This document shows, piece by piece, positions 38,762 to 52,019 of a stretch of 64,000 nt of DNA (the first letter of the stretch is position 1; each line of letters begins with the position of its first letter). Under the pieces are notes generated by a model. That model did not search any database. It was given only the letters and a program-made list of their open reading frames with translations, and was not told the origin of the DNA. The stretch is taken from NCBI RefSeq assembly GCF_963921235.1, contig NC_086097.1, positions 104,844,001-104,908,000 on the forward strand, given 5' to 3'. The DNA is from Mobula hypostoma. Taxonomy: Eukaryota. The position numbers and the translations under genes were made by a program.

Positions 38762-38855
38762 AACACACACAAAATGCTTTTGGAATGCAGCAGGCCAGGC
38801 AGCATCTATTGGAAGAGGTACAGTCGACGTTTCGGGCCGAGACCCTTCGTCAGGA
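38762..38855 (-). mobile_element. Single-arm Penelope-derived insert with an intact hammerhead core
   Basis: Minus strand GTC-CTGACGA-A-GGGTctcgGCCC-GAAAC-GTC-GAC, flanked by repeated CATCACAT. Confidence 0.75.
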
Positions 38856-39411
38856 CATCACATCTTAACATCACATCCCTGCTGTTATATTCTATACCTC
38901 TAGAAATGAATGCCAACATTGCATTCGCCTTCTTCAGAACTGACTCAACCTGGAGGTTAACCTTTAGGGTATCTTGCACAAGGATTCCCAAATCCCTTTG
39001 CATCTCTGCATTTTGAATTCTTTCCCCATCTAAATAATAGTCTGCCCGATTATTTCTTCCTCCAAAGTGCATGATCATACACTTTCCAACATTATATTTC
39101 ATTTGCCATTTCTTTGCCCATTCCCCTAACTATCCAAGTCTCTCTGTTTCCTCTACACTACCCGCTCCTCCACCTATCTTTGTTTCATTGGCAAATTTAG
39201 CCACAAATCCATTAATACTGTAGTCCATATCACTGACATACATTGTAAAAAGCAGCAGTCCCAACACCGACCCCCGTGGAACTCCACTGGTAACTGGCAG
39301 CCAGCCAGAATATTGCCTTTATTCCCATTCTCTGTTTTCAACTGACCAACCAATGCTCCACTCACGCTAGTAACTTCCCTGTAATTCCATGAGCTCTTAT
39401 CTTGCTAAGCA

Positions 39412-42400
39412 ATAGATAATTGGATAGTTATAGACAATTATAGATAATTGGGCAGTTTTCCAGGGAAGGTGGGACCTGATCCGGTGGGATGGTCTACATC
39501 TGAACTGGAGGGGGACAAATATTCTTGAGGGTAGGTTTGCTAGAGAGGCTCCGGTGGATTTAAACTAGATATGAGAAGGGAGTGGAACTAGAGTGTAGGA
39601 ACAGATGTAGGGAAGAAGGAAGAAAAAGGAAATAGTAAAATTGTTTGCACATTTAGGGATAAACAGAGTAAGAGGTGGAAAATTTCTTAAATGCATTTAT
39701 CTTAATGCTAGGAGCATTATGATAGAATCATATATCTTAATGATAGAAAGGTGGATGAGCCTAAAGCATGGATTGATACCTGGAAGTATGATGTGGTAGC
39801 TATTAGTGAAACATGGTTACAGGAGGGGTGAGATTGGCAACTAAATATTCCTGGATTTAATTGCTTCAGGTGTGATAGAATCGGAGGGACAAGAGGGGGA
39901 GGGGTTGCATTGCTTGTCAGAGAAAATATTACAGGGGTGCTCTGGCAGGATAGATTAGCGGGCTCATCTAGGGAGGCTATTTGGGTGGAATTGAGGAATG
40001 GGAAAGGTGCAGTAACTCTTATGGGGGTGTATTATAGAATTATAAAATGGGGAGCGAGAATTGGATGAGCAAATTTGTAAGGAGATAGCAGATATTAGTA
40101 GTAGGCACAAGGTTGTGATTGTGGAAGATTTTAATTTTCCACATGTAGACTGGGAAGCCCAATCTGTAAAAGGGCTGGATGGTTTGGAGTTTGTAAAGTA
40201 TGTGCAAGATAGTTTTTTGCAGCAATACATAGAGGTACCAACGAGAGAAGGAGCAGTGTTGGATCTCCTGTTAGGGAATGAGATGGGTCAGGTGACAGAG
40301 GTATGTGTTGGAGAGCACTTCGGGTCCAGTGATCACAATGCTATTAGTTTCAATATAATTATGGAGAAGGATCGATCTGGACCCAGTTTTGAGATTTTTG
40401 ATTGGAGAAAGGCTAACTTTGAGGAGATGCGAAAGGATTTAGAAGGAGTGGATTGGGGCAATTTGTTTTATGTGAAGGATGTAATAGAGAAATGGAAGTC
40501 ATTTAAAGGTGAAACTTTGAGAGTACAGAATCTTTATGTTCCTGTTAGGTTGAAAGGAAAGGTTAAAAGTTTGAGAGAGCCATGGTTTTCAAGGGATATT
40601 GGAAACTTGGTTCGGAAAAAAAAGAGAGATCTACAATAAATATAGACAGCATGGCATAAGTGAGGTGCTCGAGGAATATAAAGAATGTAAAAAAGAATCT
40701 TGAGAAAGAAATTAGAAAAGCTAAAAGAAGATATGAGGTTGCTTTGGCAAGTAAGGTGAAAATAAATCCCAAGTGTTTCTACCGTTATATAAATAGCAAA
40801 AGGATAGTGAGGGATAAAATTGGCCCCTTAGAGAATCAGAGTGGATGGCTATGTGTGGAGCCAAAAGAGATGGGGGAGATTCTTAACAATTTCTTTTCTT
40901 CGGTATTCACTAAGGAGAAGGATATTGAATTGTGTAAGATCAGGGAAACGGGTAGGGAAGTTATGGAAACTATGATGATTAAAGAAGTAGTAGTACTGGA
41001 GCTTTTAAGGAATATAAAAGTGGATAAGTCTCCAGGTCCTGACAGGATATTCCCTAGGACTTTGAGGGAAGTTAGTGTGGAAATAGCAGGGGCTCTGACA
41101 GAAATATTTCAAATGTCATTAGAAACGGGGATGGTAACGGAGGATTGGTCATGTTGTTCCATTGTTTAAAAAGGGTTCTAAGAGTAAACCTAGCAATTAT
41201 CGGCCTGTGAGTTTGACGTCAGTGGTGGGTAAACTGATGGAAAGTATTCTTAGAGATGGTATATATAATTATCTGGATAGACAGGGTCTGATTAGGAACA
41301 GTCAATATGGATTTGTGCGTGCAAGGGCATGTTTGACAAATCTTATTGAATTTTTTGAAGAGGTTACGAGGAATGTTGACGAAGGTAAAGCGGTGGATGT
41401 TGTCTATATGGACTTCAGTAAGGCCTTTGACAAGGTCCCACACGGAAGGTTGGTTAGGAAGGTTCAATTGTTAGGTATTAATATTGAACTAGTAAAATGG
41501 ATTCAGCAGTGGCTGGATGGGAGATGCCAGAGAGTGGTGGTGGAAAACTGTTTGTCAGATTGGAGGCTGGTGACTAGTGGTGTGCCTCAGGGATATGTAC
41601 TGGGTCCAATGTTATTTGTCACATACATTAATGATCTGGATGATGGTGTGGTAAATTGGTTGAGTAAGAATGCAGATGATACTGAGATAGGTGGAGTTGT
41701 GGATAATGAAGTAGGTTTTCAAAGCTTGCAGAGAGATTTAGGCCAGTTAGAAGAGTGGGCAGAAAGATGGCAGATGGAGTTTAATGCTGATAAATGTGAG
41801 GTGCTACACGTTGGTAGGACTAATCAAAATAGGACATACATAGTAAATGGTAGGGCATTGAATAATGCAGTAGAACAGAGGGATCTAGGAATAATGGTGC
41901 ATAGTTCCCTGAAGGTAGAATCTTATGTGGATAGGGTGGTGAAGAAAGCTTTTGGTATGTTGGCCTTTATTAATCAGAGCATTGAGTATAAGAGTTGGGA
42001 TGTAATGTTGAAATTGTATAAGGCATTGGTGAGGCCAAATTTGGAGTATTGTCACCAAATTATAGGAAAGATGTCAACAAAATAGAGAGAGTACACAGAA
42101 GTTTTACTAGATTGTTACCTGGGTTTCATCACCTAAGTTACAGAGAAAGGTTGAACAAGTTGGATCTTTATTCTTTGGAATGTAGAAGGTTGAGGGGGGA
42201 CTTGGTAGAGGTATTTAAGATTATGAGAGGGATAGATAGAGTTGACGTGGATAGGCTTTTTCCATTGAAAGTGGAGGAAATTCAGACAAGAGGTCATGAG
42301 TTGAGAGTTAAAGGGCAAAAGTTTAGGAGTAACATGAAGGGGAACTTCTTTACTCAGAGAGTGGTGGCTGTGTGGAAGGAGCTTCCAGCAGAAGTGGTTA

Positions 42401-42569
42401 AGGCAGGTTCGATGTTGTCGTTTAAAGTTAAACTGGACAGCTATATGGACAGGAAAGGAATGGAGGGTTATGGGCTGAGTGCAGGTTGGTGGAACTAGGT
42501 GAGGTAAGATTTTGGCATAGATTAGAAGGGCCGAGATGGCCTGTTTCCGTGCTGTAATTGTTATATGGT
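39412..42569 (+). mobile_element. CR1 LINE (ORF1 3' end + nearly complete frameshifted ORF2)
   Basis: [34 protein letters not shown] motifs. 6-bp TSD TAAGCA (39406-39411, 42570-42575). Confidence 0.92.
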
Positions 42570-44754
42570 TAAGCAGCCTCACGTGTGACACGTTCTCAAA
42601 GGCCTTCTGAAAATCCAAGTACACCACATCTACTGCATCTCCTTTGTCTACCCTGCTTGTAATTTCTTCAGAGAATTGCAGTAGATTTGTCGGGCAGGAT
42701 TTTCCTTTTAGGAAACCATGCTGGCTTTGGCCTATTTTGTCATGTGCCTCCAGGTACTCCGTAATCTCATCCTTAACAATCGATTACAACAACTTCCTAA
42801 GCACTGATGTCAGGCTAACAGGTCTATAGTTTTCTTTTACATAGTAGAGGAATTAAGGGTTATGGGGAAAAGGCAGGTAGATGGAGCTGAGTTATGGACA
42901 GATCAGCCATAATCTTATTGGATGGTGGGGCAGGCTCAATGGGCCAGATGGCCTACTCCTGCTCCTATTTCTTACGCTCTTATGTTCCTTTCTGCTGCCT
43001 TCCACCCTTCTTAAATAGCAGAGTAACATTTGCAATTTTGCAGTCATCCAATACAATGCCAGATTCTATCGATTCTTGAAAGATCATCGTTAATGCCTCC
43101 GCAATCTAAAAAGATGAAGAACACAATATTTCGAAAAAATATGCACGCAATAAATATAAATACGTAAGATTATATTCATTGTACTACTTCCACCTGCATT
43201 AATTGAGCAAGGCTAATGGGCTATCATCTCCAAACACAAGTATTCACGATCAATGTAATGACTAGCCATTCTGGATATGTGAAGTGTTGAAGATGTCCGT
43301 GAAGACATCAGTGAGCTGCCATGCACACTCTCTGAATACTTGGTCTAGGATGTTGTTTGGCCCAGCCATTTATGGGGGTTGACTCTGCAAAGTCCTCCTC
43401 GCGTCTGCTGCTGTCTTGATCAAGTGGCTATTTACCTGGGAGTTGGATAGCTTTTGTGGCCAATGTTGCCTTGCATGCCTTAAAGCATACCTAAAAGTTG
43501 TTTAGAGCATCAGGGACGGAGGCATCGCTGGTACAGTCAATTCCTGCGCTGTTTTTCCTTGCGTAGTCAGTAAAGCCCTTGGAATCCTTATCAGACGGGC
43601 GTTCCTGAAATTTATGTGCGTATGCCATCTTGATGCCTAAGTTGAGGATTTTTGGGCCCCTTATCCAAGAAAATACTGTGATATTATTGGAGAAAGTCCA
43701 GAGGAGGTTCATGAGAATGTTTCTGGGATTGAAACAGTTAACAGGTGATAGCTCTGGGCCTGTACTCACTGCAGCTTAGAGGAATGGGAGATCTCATTGA
43801 AACCTATTGAATACTAAAATGCCTAAATAAAGTGAATGTGGAGAGTATACTTCCTTATAGTGTGGAGTCTAGAACAGCGTTTCTTTAGCCAAAGGGTGGT
43901 GAATCTGTGGAGGTCAAGCCATTTGGTATATTTAAAGTGGAGGGTGATGGTTTTTTGATTAGTAAGTGCATCAACAGTTACGGGGTGCAGGGAGGAGAAT
44001 GCTGTTGAGAGTGATTATAAATCAGCGGAGCAGGTTCGATGGGCCAGGTGGCCGGATTCTGCTCTATCTTGTGGTTTATAATTAACACTTTGGGATAATC
44101 CATGTTTAAATCACAATGAAGCAATGATGGAGGACAGCTTTAGTTAATAGATGTCCTCTTGTTCTGTTTCTTTATGGATTACTTCCATCCTTACCAAAGG
44201 ATGTATGTACCTTGGAGCACAACGGGAATTAGGGAGCTTGAGGGTAATCCAGTAAAATAGCAATGGGATTTATATTATGGAGAGTGACCCTATGATTGAG
44301 TGGGGTCAGAAGGCCTGCTCTTCTTTCTGCTCTTGTTGGTTAACCACTGGTTTCCATCTCTAAAGCTCTACCCTTTATTCAGTCTTTGCCAGTTTTTTTG
44401 AATGTTTAGTGTGGTGTTCCTCTATCAAAGTGGCACTGCTGCGGATAAAGGGAATGTATTGTAACAATGTGTACAGCTTTCACCCCCTTCCTGCTCGATT
44501 ACTATATCTGGTATGGTTTCGCTTATTATTGTTAATTTTATTTTGTTCTCCAAATGTTCTGACTTGCTCTACTGTAATCAAGACTCATTGCATTAATTTC
44601 ACTTCTACAAGGTTTGAATTTAAGAACTTATTGTAAAACATTAACTGGTGGCTTTTGGAGTCCAACATTGCCTCAGTTTGTGTCTCCTACTGCATTTAAC
44701 TTTGGTATAATGTGAAAGCACTTTCAGTGCTTCATTTAATTTGTCTCAGAAGCA

Positions 44755-45030
44755 CCGACAGGCAGGAGGCAGCGAGTGTGAATAAAGGGGCCTTTTCTGG
44801 TTGGCTGTCAGTAACTGGTGTGTTCCTCAGGGGTCAGTATTGGGACCGCTACTTTTCACATTGTTTCAGTGTTTTAGATAATAGAATGGATGGCTTTGTG
44901 GCAAAGTATGCGGATGATACGAAGATAGGTGGAGGGATGGTTAGTGCTGAGGAAGCAATGTGATTGCAACAGGACTTGGACAAATTGAAAGAATGGGCAA
45001 AAAAGTGGCAGACGGAATACAGTGTTGGGA
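44755..45030 (+). mobile_element. CR1 RT fragment
   Basis: GFVAKYADDTKIGG. Confidence 0.75.
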
Positions 45031-48000
45031 AAAGGATGATAGTGAGGAGATAATTGATCAGAGTTGCAGGGAAGTAGTCACCCTGAAGTTGCAGGAGGCG
45101 AGAGGCTGGGTGACTGTCAGGAGAAATGTGAATAGGCAGTTAGCGCAGAGCATCCTTGTCTGATTCCCCTAAAAATAAGTATACAGTTTTGGATACTGTT
45201 GTGGGGGCATGACCTCCCAGGGGAATGCCACAGAGACCAGGTTATTGGCATTGAGCATGGGTCTGTGGTGTAGAAGGCAAAGAGGTAGAAGAGGGGAGCG
45301 GTAATGATAGGGGACTCAATAGTCAGAGGAGCAGTCGGGAGATTCTGTGAACATGAAGGTATGTTGCCTCCCAGCTGCCAGGGTCAGGGATGTCTTGGAT
45401 CGTGTCTACAGCATTTTAGAGAGGGAGGAAGAGCAGCCAGATGTCTGGGTACATATTTGTACCTATGACATGGGAGGGAAAAGTAATGAGGTCCTGAAGA
45501 GAGAATTTGGAAAGCTAGGCAGAAAGCTCCAGGATAATAATTTCTGGCTTGCTACCTGTACCATGTGACGGTGAGGGTAGAAACAGGATGATTTGGCAGA
45601 TTAATATGTGGCTCAGAAGCTGGTGCAGGGGGCAGGGCTTCAGGTTCTTGGATCATTGGGATCTCTTCTGGAGGAAGTATTACATGTACAAAAGGGATGG
45701 GTTGCACCTGAACCAAAGGAGGGCCAATATTCTCACAGGCAGGTTTGTTAGAGCCATTGGAGAGGGTTTAAACTAATTTGACAGGTGTGGGAACCGGAAT
45801 GAAGGGACTCAGGATAAGACAGATGGTAAAATAACATGCAGTCATACTGTCAGGAAGGACAGGAAGGTGGTGGGACAAAATTGTAGCCAGCAGGGTGGGT
45901 ATCAGTGCATTAGGGATGCAAACCAAAAAGGGTAGCAAATACAGTACTCAAAGTGTTATATCTCTTTGCACGGAGTGTAAGAAATAAGGTGGATAATCTT
46001 GTTGCAGTATTACAGATTGCCAGGTATAATGTTGTGGCCATCACTGAATCATGGCTGAAGGATGGTTGTAGTTGGGAGCTGAATGTCCAAGGTTACACAA
46101 TGTATCAGAGGGATAGAAAGGGGTGGTGTGGGTCTGCTTGTAAAGAATGGCATCAAATCAGTGGAAAGATGTGACATAAGATCGGAAGATGTTGGATCTT
46201 TGAGGGTTGAGTTAAGAAACTGCAAGGGTAGAAGGACCCTGGTGGCAATTACATACAGGCCTGCAAACAGTAGCTGGGAGGTGGACCACAGATTCAATGG
46301 GAAATAGAACAGGCGTGTCAAAAGGGCAATGTTATGATAGTCATGTGAGATTTCAACATGCAGGTCGATTGGGAAAATCGGGTTGGAAATGAATCTCGAG
46401 TGAGTTTGTTGAATGGCTACCTGATGGCTTTTTAGAGCAGTTTGTCATTGAGACCACCAGGGGATCAACTGTACTGGATTGGATGTTACTGAACTGGGGA
46501 TGATTAGGGAGCTTAAGGTAAAAGAGCCCTTTGGAGCCAGTGATCACAATAAGATTGAGTTCAACTTGAAATTTGATAGAAAATAAAATCTGATGTAGCA
46601 GTATTTCAGTGGAGTAAAGAAAAGGAGTTGGCCAGTTTTGGAAGGAACCGCTGCCAGGGGTGACAGCAGAACAGCAATGGCTTGAATTTGTGGGAAAAAT
46701 ACGGAAGGTGCATTCAAAAAACAAAGAAATACTCAAATGACAAAATAGTACAACTGTGGCTGACAAGGGAAGTCAAAGCTAATGTAAAAACAAAAAGAGC
46801 AACAAAGCAAAAAATTGCGGAAACATAGAGGATTGAGAAACTTCTTAAAACCTACAGGGAGCAACTAAAAGAATCATTAGGAGGGAATGGATGAAATATG
46901 AAAGCAAACTAGCAAACAATATCAAAGTGGATAGTGAAAGCTTTTTCAAGTATGTAAAAAAAAATTTAAGAGATGAGAGTGAGAAAGGATCGCGAGAAAA
47001 TGAGGCCGGAGAAAGAATAACGGGGACAAAGAGATGGCAGATGAACTAAATGAGTATTTTGCATCAGCCTTCACTGTGGAAGACACTAGCAGTGTGCCAG
47101 ATGTTGAAGCACTTGAAGGAAGAGAAGAGAATGCAGTTGCTATTACAAGGGAGAATATACACGAAAAGCTGAAAGACCTAAGGGCACATAAGTCCACTCG
47201 GACCAGGTGAACTGCACCCTTCGGTTCTGAAAGAGGTAGCATTAGAGATTGTAGAGGCATTAGCAATGACTTTCCAAAGATGATTAGACTCTGGCATGGT
47301 GCCAGAGGACAAGAAAATTGCAAATGTCACTACACTCTTTAAGAAAAGGAGGAAGGCAGCAGAAAGGAAATTATAGACCAGTTAGCCTGACCTCAGTGGT
47401 TGGGAAGATGTTGGAGCCAATTGTTCAGGATGAGGTGATAGAGTACTTGGTGACACAAGACAAGATAGTACAAAGTCAGCATGGTTCCCTTCAGGGAAAA
47501 TCTTGCCTGATGAACCTGTCGGAATTCTTTGAGGAGATAACAAGTAGGATAGATAAAGGGGTTGCAGTGGATGTTTTTATATTTGGACTTTCAGAAGGTC
47601 TTTGACAAGGTGCCATACATTAGGTTGTTGACCAAGTTAAGAGCCCAAGGTATTACAGGAAAGTTACTGACATTGTTAGAGCATTGGCTGATTGGTAGGA
47701 AGCAACAAGTGGGAATAAAAGGATCCTTATCTGGTTGGCCGCCAATGACTGGTGGTGTTCCGCAGGGGTCGGTGTTGGAACCACTTCTTTTTATGCTGTA
47801 TATCAATGATTTAGATGATGGAATAGATAGCTTTGTTGCCAAGTTTGCAGATGATACAAAGATTGGTGGAAGGGCAGGTAGTCTTGAGGAAACATGTAGG
47901 CTGCAGAAGGATTTAGGCAGATTAGGAGAATGGGCAAGAAAGTGGCAAATGACATATAATGTTGGAAAATGAATGGACATGCATTTCAGTAGAAGAAATA

Positions 48001-51000
48001 AATGTGCAGACTATTTTCTAAACAGAGAGGAAATCCAAAAATCTGATATGCAAAGGACTTGAGAGTCCTTCCTAAAGGTTAACTAGCAGGTTGAGTTGGT
48101 GGTGAGGAAGGCAAATGCAATGTTAGCATTCATTTCAAGAGGTCTTGAATACAAGAGCAGGGATGTGATGCTGAGGTTTTATGAGACACCTCACCTTGAA
48201 TATTGTGAACAGTTTTGGGCTCCTCATCTAAGAAAAGATGTGCTGGCATTGGAGAGGGTCAGAGGTGGTTCACAAGGATGATTCCGGGAACGCAAGGGTT
48301 ATCATACGAGGAATGTTTGATGCTCCGGGTCTACGCTCACTGGAATTCAGAAGGATGGTGGGGGGGTGGGTTTCATTGAAACATTTTGTTTAAATCCAAA
48401 AGCCAATTTTATATACATGGAGACAAGTCAGGCAAATTATTAGCTGGTCTGTTAAAAGCAGATATGGCTAGAAGACAGATCCTGAATATACAAAGACCTG
48501 ATAGAACTGAAAATACGAAGATCCTAATGAAATTAGTAAGATATTTATGGATTTCTACTCTAATCTTTATAAATCTGAATTTTTAGACAGTTATTACTTC
48601 TATGAATAGTTTTTTTCAAAAATTGAATATACCTAAAAATTTCTATTCAAGATAGGAATACATTAGATGCACCTATTAAACAAGAGGAAATAGCAAGGGC
48701 TATATCCTCTCTCCAATCAGCTAAGGCTCCGGGACCGGATGGATATGCAGTGGAATTTTATAAGACTTTTACTGATACATTTATACCTCATTTATGTCAA
48801 ATTTTCACTGATTCTATATCCTCTGGAACTCTCCTGAAACTTTTTATGAAGCTTCAATCTCTTTAATTCCAAAAAAAGATGAAGATTTATCTGAATGCGC
48901 TTCTTATAGACTAACTTCTCTATTGAATGTGGATTTTAAAATTCTTTCTAAGATCTTGGCTAATAGACTTGAGAGTATTTTACCAACTGTTATTTCCAGT
49001 GACCAAAATGGATTTATTAAAAATAGATATTCACATTTTAACATTTGAAGATTATTAAATATTCATTCTTCTCCATCTAAAGAATCTGAATGTGTTGTTT
49101 CTCTTGATGCAGAGAAAGCCTTTAATAGGGTGGAGTGGTCTTACTTATTTGAGGTTTTGGATTTAACCTTGGCCCGGGATTTATTTCCTGGATTAAATTG
49201 ATCTATCATGCTCCTATGGCTGCGGTTATAACTAATAATCAAAAATCTCCCTATTTTAGATTATATAGGGGTACTTGGCAGGGATGTCCTCTTAGCTCTT
49301 TATTATTTAACTTGACCTTAGAACCCCTTGCTATTGCTCTTAGAGATTCTAATACTGTTCAGGGTATTAAGAGAGGGGACAAAATACACAAGGTTTCGTT
49401 ATATGCAGATGACCTGTTAGTTTATATTTCAGATCCTAGGAAATCTATTCCTTCTATATTTTCTGAATTCAGTAGTTTTTCTGGGTATAAATTAAATTTA
49501 CATAAAAGTGAGTTATTTCCTATTAATAATTACTCAGATCCAAATCAGCAAGTACCTTTTAGTATGGCTAAAAATTACTTTACCTATCTTGGCATTAAAA
49601 TTACTAAAAATTTTAAGGATCTCTATAAATATAATGTTTTTCCATTAATTGATTACCTCAAACAAATGCTTTCTAAATGGTCGCCTATGACATTATCATT
49701 AATAGGTCAAATTAATGCTATTATAATGATAGTTTTACCAAAGTTCTTATATATATTTCAGGCAGTTCCTTCCTTTATTCCTAAAAAAATTCTTTGACAG
49801 AATAGGTTCTATAATTTTATCTTGTATTTGGAACAATAAGAATCCTAGATTGAGTAAACCCTTATTGCGGAAATTAAAAAAAGATGATGGTATGGCTTTG
49901 TCAAATTTTAGAATGTACTATTGGGCAATTAATATTCGATATATTACTTTTTGGATTCACTATTCAGATATACATCATGGTTGGATTTGGAGGAAAACTC
50001 GATGAAAGGATTCTGTTTGGCCTCATTATTGGAAGCTGCTCTTCCCTTTTTGTTTTCTAAGATTAATAGACAAGATTTTAATCCCATTATTAAACATACA
50101 TTAAGAATTTGGTTTCAGTTTCGTAGATTTTTTGAGTTAAATAATTTTATTCTTTCTCGTAATATCCATCTCAATTATTTTTTTAAACCATCAATTTTGG
50201 ATAAGGCCTTTTTAATTTGGAAAACCAAGGGAATAATAACTTTTTCAGATTTGTTTTTAGGGGACTGTTTAATGTCTTTTTCTCAGTTAGTGGATAAATA
50301 TGATTTATCTAATGTACGCTTTTTTAGATATTTACAAATTGGGAATTTTTTACGTGGTTTGTTGCCAAATTACTCTTCTGCTTATTCACCTAATATGACA
50401 GATGCTCTCTTTCAGTTTAACCCATTTCAAAAAGGGTTGATAGCTTTAATCTATAAACGGTTATTGAACTCACGAATGATATCTAATGATAAAATTAAAC
50501 ATGCTTGGGAATCGGAATTTCAAGAGTCATTTTCAGATAATCAATGGAGTAAAATTTTCCATTTGGTTAATAACTCATCCATTTGTGCCCGTCATTCCTT
50601 GATACAGTTCAAGGTAGTGCATCGGGCCCATATGTCCCAAAGAAACTAATGCGTATTTTTTCCAATATCAATCCTATTTGTGACAGATGTAATATTGAGC
50701 TGGCCACTTGACTCATATGTATTGGTCTTGGATCTGGATCTACAACCTAATTTGCTAACGGCAATTTTTGGGATTATCCCATTGGAAACAGGAAACATTC
50801 CTGTTTCCGCTCAACGTATGATAGCCTTTTCAACTATATTGGCTAGGAGAGCCATTTTATTGAAGTAGAAGGATTCTAATCCACCTATGGTCTTTTATTG
50901 GCTTTTCTCTATTATGTCCTGTTTAAGTTTAGAGAAAATAAGAAGTCGGACATTTGATACACCCTTTAAATTTGAGCAGATCTGGCAATCTTTTATTCAA

Positions 51001-51770
51001 TATTTTCATTTAATTTGATTTATTACTTTTCCAATTTTTTTTTTGAAGTTTTAGATTTGATCAGAAAGTCTTTCTATTTTTTGGTCATATCCTCAGAATG
51101 GACTGCCCAGTCCCCTTTTTATTGTTTCTTTTTTTTGTATAGTGTTCTTTTTTCTTCATTTAAAATTCAAAGTTTCTTTCTTTCCTCTTCATGAACTGAT
51201 AAGAGGAGAATTGCTGTTTTCTTTTTTATTATATATTATATACTAGCTTAACACTATGTGTGATTTTGATCATGTCTGTCTCAATCTTGGTTTGTATTAT
51301 TGATAATATATATTTGAGATAGTTCTCCTCTTGTTTGTTTTTATGCTCCTTTTAAATCATTAAAAAGATTAATAAAGAAAGAAAGAAACATTTTGAATGT
51401 TGAAAGGCCTAGACGGAATAGATATGGAAAGGGTATATCCCATAGTGGGGGAGTGTCGGACAAGAGGGCACAGCCTCAGGAGAGAGGGGCGACCGTTTAA
51501 AACAGAGATGTGGAGAAACTTCTTTAGCCAGAGGGCTATGAATTCGTGGAATTTGTTACCACAGGCAGCCGCGGAGGCCGGGTTGTTGGGTGTACTTGAG
51601 GCAGAGATTGATAGGTTCTTGATTGGACACGGCATCAAAGGTTACGGAGAGAAGGCCGGGGAGTGGGGTTAAGCAGGGGGAAAAAGATCAGCCATGATTG
51701 AATGACAGAGCAGACTGGATGAGCCAAATGGTCTCATTCTGATCCTGTGTCTTTTGGTCTTATGGTCTTG
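45031..51770 (+). mobile_element. Near full-length degenerate CR1 (ORF1 esterase + ORF2), interrupted by L1 at 48389-51384
   Basis: ORF1 VCCLPAARVRDV..LRSWCRGQGFRFLDHWD. ORF2 ITESWL, YRPANS, KFADD. The 3' end resumes at 51385 (MLKGLDGID). Confidence 0.9.
48389..51384 (+). mobile_element. 5'-truncated L1-clade LINE (AT-rich, fish-type)
   Basis: GDKSGKLLA, KAPGPDG, SLDAEKAF, RGTWQGCPLS, SLYADD. 3' AATAAA + (GAAA)n. 11-bp TSD GAAACATTTTG (48378-48388, 51385-51395). Confidence 0.92.
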
Positions 51771-52019
51771 TAATGCAGTTTGGTAAAAGGAACATAGTGC
51801 AGACTATTTTCTAAATGGGGAGAAAATTCAAACATCAGAGGTTCAAAGGAGCTGAAGAATCCTCGTGCAAGACTCCCTGAAGGTTAATTTATAGGTTGAG
51901 TCTGATAAAGAAGCCAAATACAGAGTTGGCATTTATTTCAAGGGGAATAGAATATAAAAGCAAGGAAATAAGTATTGTAAATTGTTTTGGGCCCCGTTTC
52001 GCAGAAAGGATGTGTTGTC

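Larger units (their letters stand above)
38190..43107 (-). mobile_element. CR1 LINE split by a + strand CR1 (pieces 38190-39411 and 42570-43107)
   Basis: The RT sequence is continuous across the insertion: VYLDFQKAFENVSHVRLL joins the 39411 side. Confidence 0.85.
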